This document shows positions 31,844 to 32,970 of a DNA stretch of 32,970 bases, in pieces. Under the pieces are notes generated by a model, which worked only from the letters and a program-made list of their open reading frames with translations, had not been told where the DNA came from and did no database searches. Numbering within the stretch: position 1 is the stretch's first letter; each line of letters starts with the position of its first letter. Location: NCBI GenBank assembly GCA_016927765.1, contig JAFGMB010000147.1, positions 1 to 32,970 on the forward strand, in the 5' to 3' direction. This DNA comes from Synergistales bacterium. GTDB taxonomy: Bacteria > Synergistota > Synergistia > Synergistales > JAFGMB01. The translations under genes were made by a program, and so were the position numbers.

Positions 31844-32970
31844 CAGCTATCGTCCTTTTTACTTCATTAATTGTATTTCTGGTTTTAAATGTTCCGATTG
31901 CTTTTGCAATTGGTTTAGCTTCAGTTGTTGGGTTTTTGTATAGTGGGATTGATCTGATGGCTGTTGCCCAGAGAATGTTGGGATCTGTAAATAGTTTTAC
32001 GCTTCTTGCGATCCCATTTTTTATGCTGGCAGGTTCTTTGATGCAGACAGGAGGAATGTCTCGGAGACTTGTAAGATTTGCCAGTGCCATAGTATCCACT
32101 CTTCCAGGCGGGCTTGGGCATGTACAGGTTCTTGCTTCATGTTTTTTTGCTGCATTATCTGGATCATCCCCAGCTACCACAGCTGCTATAGGTTCAGCGC
32201 TTATTCCAGAGATGAAAAAAAGAGGTTACCCTCCAGAGTTTGCCGCAAGTGTTCAGGCTGTTTCAGGAACCATAGGGACTATTATTCCACCGAGTATTCC
32301 AATGGTGGTCTATGGGGTAGTGGCAGGTCAATCGATTGGAGAATTATTTGCTGCAGGTTTTATTCCAGGCTTACTCTGTGGTTTCTCACTAATGGTTGTG
32401 GTTTACTGGAAATCAAAAAAACATGGCTATGGGAATCCTCAGGTTTTTTCCGCCAAGGAATTATGGGATAGTTTCAAAGATGCATTTTGGGCACTGATGG
32501 TTCCAGTGATAATACTTGGGGGAATATATTCAGGTATGTTTACTCCAACAGAGGCAGGAGCAGTTGCTGCTGTATATGGTCTTATCGTTGGAGTGTTCGT
32601 TTATAAGGAATTGAATTTTTCGAACATCATCCATGTATTTTCAACAGCTGCAGCAAATACAGCTATGGTTCTTCTAATAATTGCATCTTCAAGTGTTTTC
32701 AGTTGGCTCATGACGATTAAGGGAGTAGCTGCGATGGTTGGGGCATGGTTTGCTAGTGTATCAGGCTCACCCGCAGGGTTTTTAGCATTATTTATACTTT
32801 TGGGGCTTTTCCTTGGTTGTTTCATGGAAACAGTTTCAATAATACTTATAGTAACTCCAGTACTTTTCCCTGTAGCCAAACAATTTGGTATAGATCCTAT
32901 CCACTTTGGGATTATCATGACGATGACACTCTCCCTGGGAATGGCTACTCCTCCTGTCGGAGAAAACCTC
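31840..32970 (+). CDS. TRAP transporter large permease (DctM family); the 3' end runs off the window
   Basis: This ORF is absent from the track because it has no stop in the window. Frame 31840 reads MTAIVLFTSLIVFLVLNVPIAFAIGLASVV...FTLLAIPFFMLAGSLMQTGGMSRRL...ALSGSSPATTAAIGS...TPPVGENL without a stop, for 377 codons. Confidence 0.9.
   Translation, partial: MTAIVLFTSLIVFLVLNVPIAFAIGLASVVGFLYSGIDLMAVAQRMLGSVNSFTLLAIPFFMLAGSLMQTGGMSRRLVRFASAIVSTLPGGLGHVQVLASCFFAALSGSSPATTAAIGSALIPEMKKRGYPPEFAASVQAVSGTIGTIIPPSIPMVVYGVVAGQSIGELFAAGFIPGLLCGFSLMVVVYWKSKKHGYGNPQVFSAKELWDSFKDAFWALMVPVIILGGIYSGMFTPTEAGAVAAVYGLIVGVFVYKELNFSNIIHVFSTAAANTAMVLLIIASSSVFSWLMTIKGVAAMVGAWFASVSGSPAGFLALFILLGLFLGCFMETVSIILIVTPVLFPVAKQFGIDPIHFGIIMTMTLSLGMATPPVGENL

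Noticed and set aside
31797-32918. ORF-track entries 31797..32180(-), 31921..32121(-), 32139..32471(+) and 32601..32918(-).
   Set aside because: All lie inside the open DctM-family frame starting at 31840, which reads as a textbook TRAP large permease. It is missing from the track only because it has no stop in the window.

Overview
Bacterial chromosomal window with about 30 genes, mostly housekeeping or accessory metabolism. No rRNA, tRNA or CRISPR array was seen. All calls come from reading the sequence and ORF track by eye, so RNA and operator coordinates are good to about +/-3 nt and no database search was run.

Gene order, left to right:
- 5'-truncated IS110-family transposase followed by a repeat-rich non-coding tail
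- serine hydrolase
- ornithine/lysine-type decarboxylase (-)
- c-di-GMP-I (GEMM-I) riboswitch plus terminator, leading an operon of a membrane GGDEF cyclase, a degenerate HAD-like protein and a multi-sensor HD-GYP phosphodiesterase
- rpoD, a RocB-like M20 peptidase, a GNAT and mscL
- a DapB-like reductase (-), two tandem GNAT paralogs, a SHOCT membrane protein (-) and an S33 alpha/beta hydrolase
- a minus-strand arsR, arsM (broken by an in-frame TAA) and MOT1/SulP-like transporter cluster
- proB and a small membrane protein (-)
- a minus-strand eno, crcB and DUF190 fluoride-type module
- a dynamin-like GTPase (-) and a FabH-like KAS III plus MaoC dehydratase pair (-)
- from about 28.2 kb to the window end, a clearly AT-richer block: a GntR regulator, an unassignable 318-aa protein and a TRAP transporter (P, Q, and M truncated by the window end)

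Most interesting observations:
- A bipartite sequence motif is shared by the eno and crcB leaders, where a canonical fluoride riboswitch would be expected but cannot be recognised.
- The riboswitch-controlled operon encodes both the synthase and the hydrolase of c-di-GMP, with a catalytically dead HAD-like gene between them.
- The low-GC GntR, unknown gene and TRAP island.
- A nested repeat array lies 3' of the IS110 transposase and may be a guide (bridge/seek) RNA.
- arsM carries a nonsense-interrupted reading frame.
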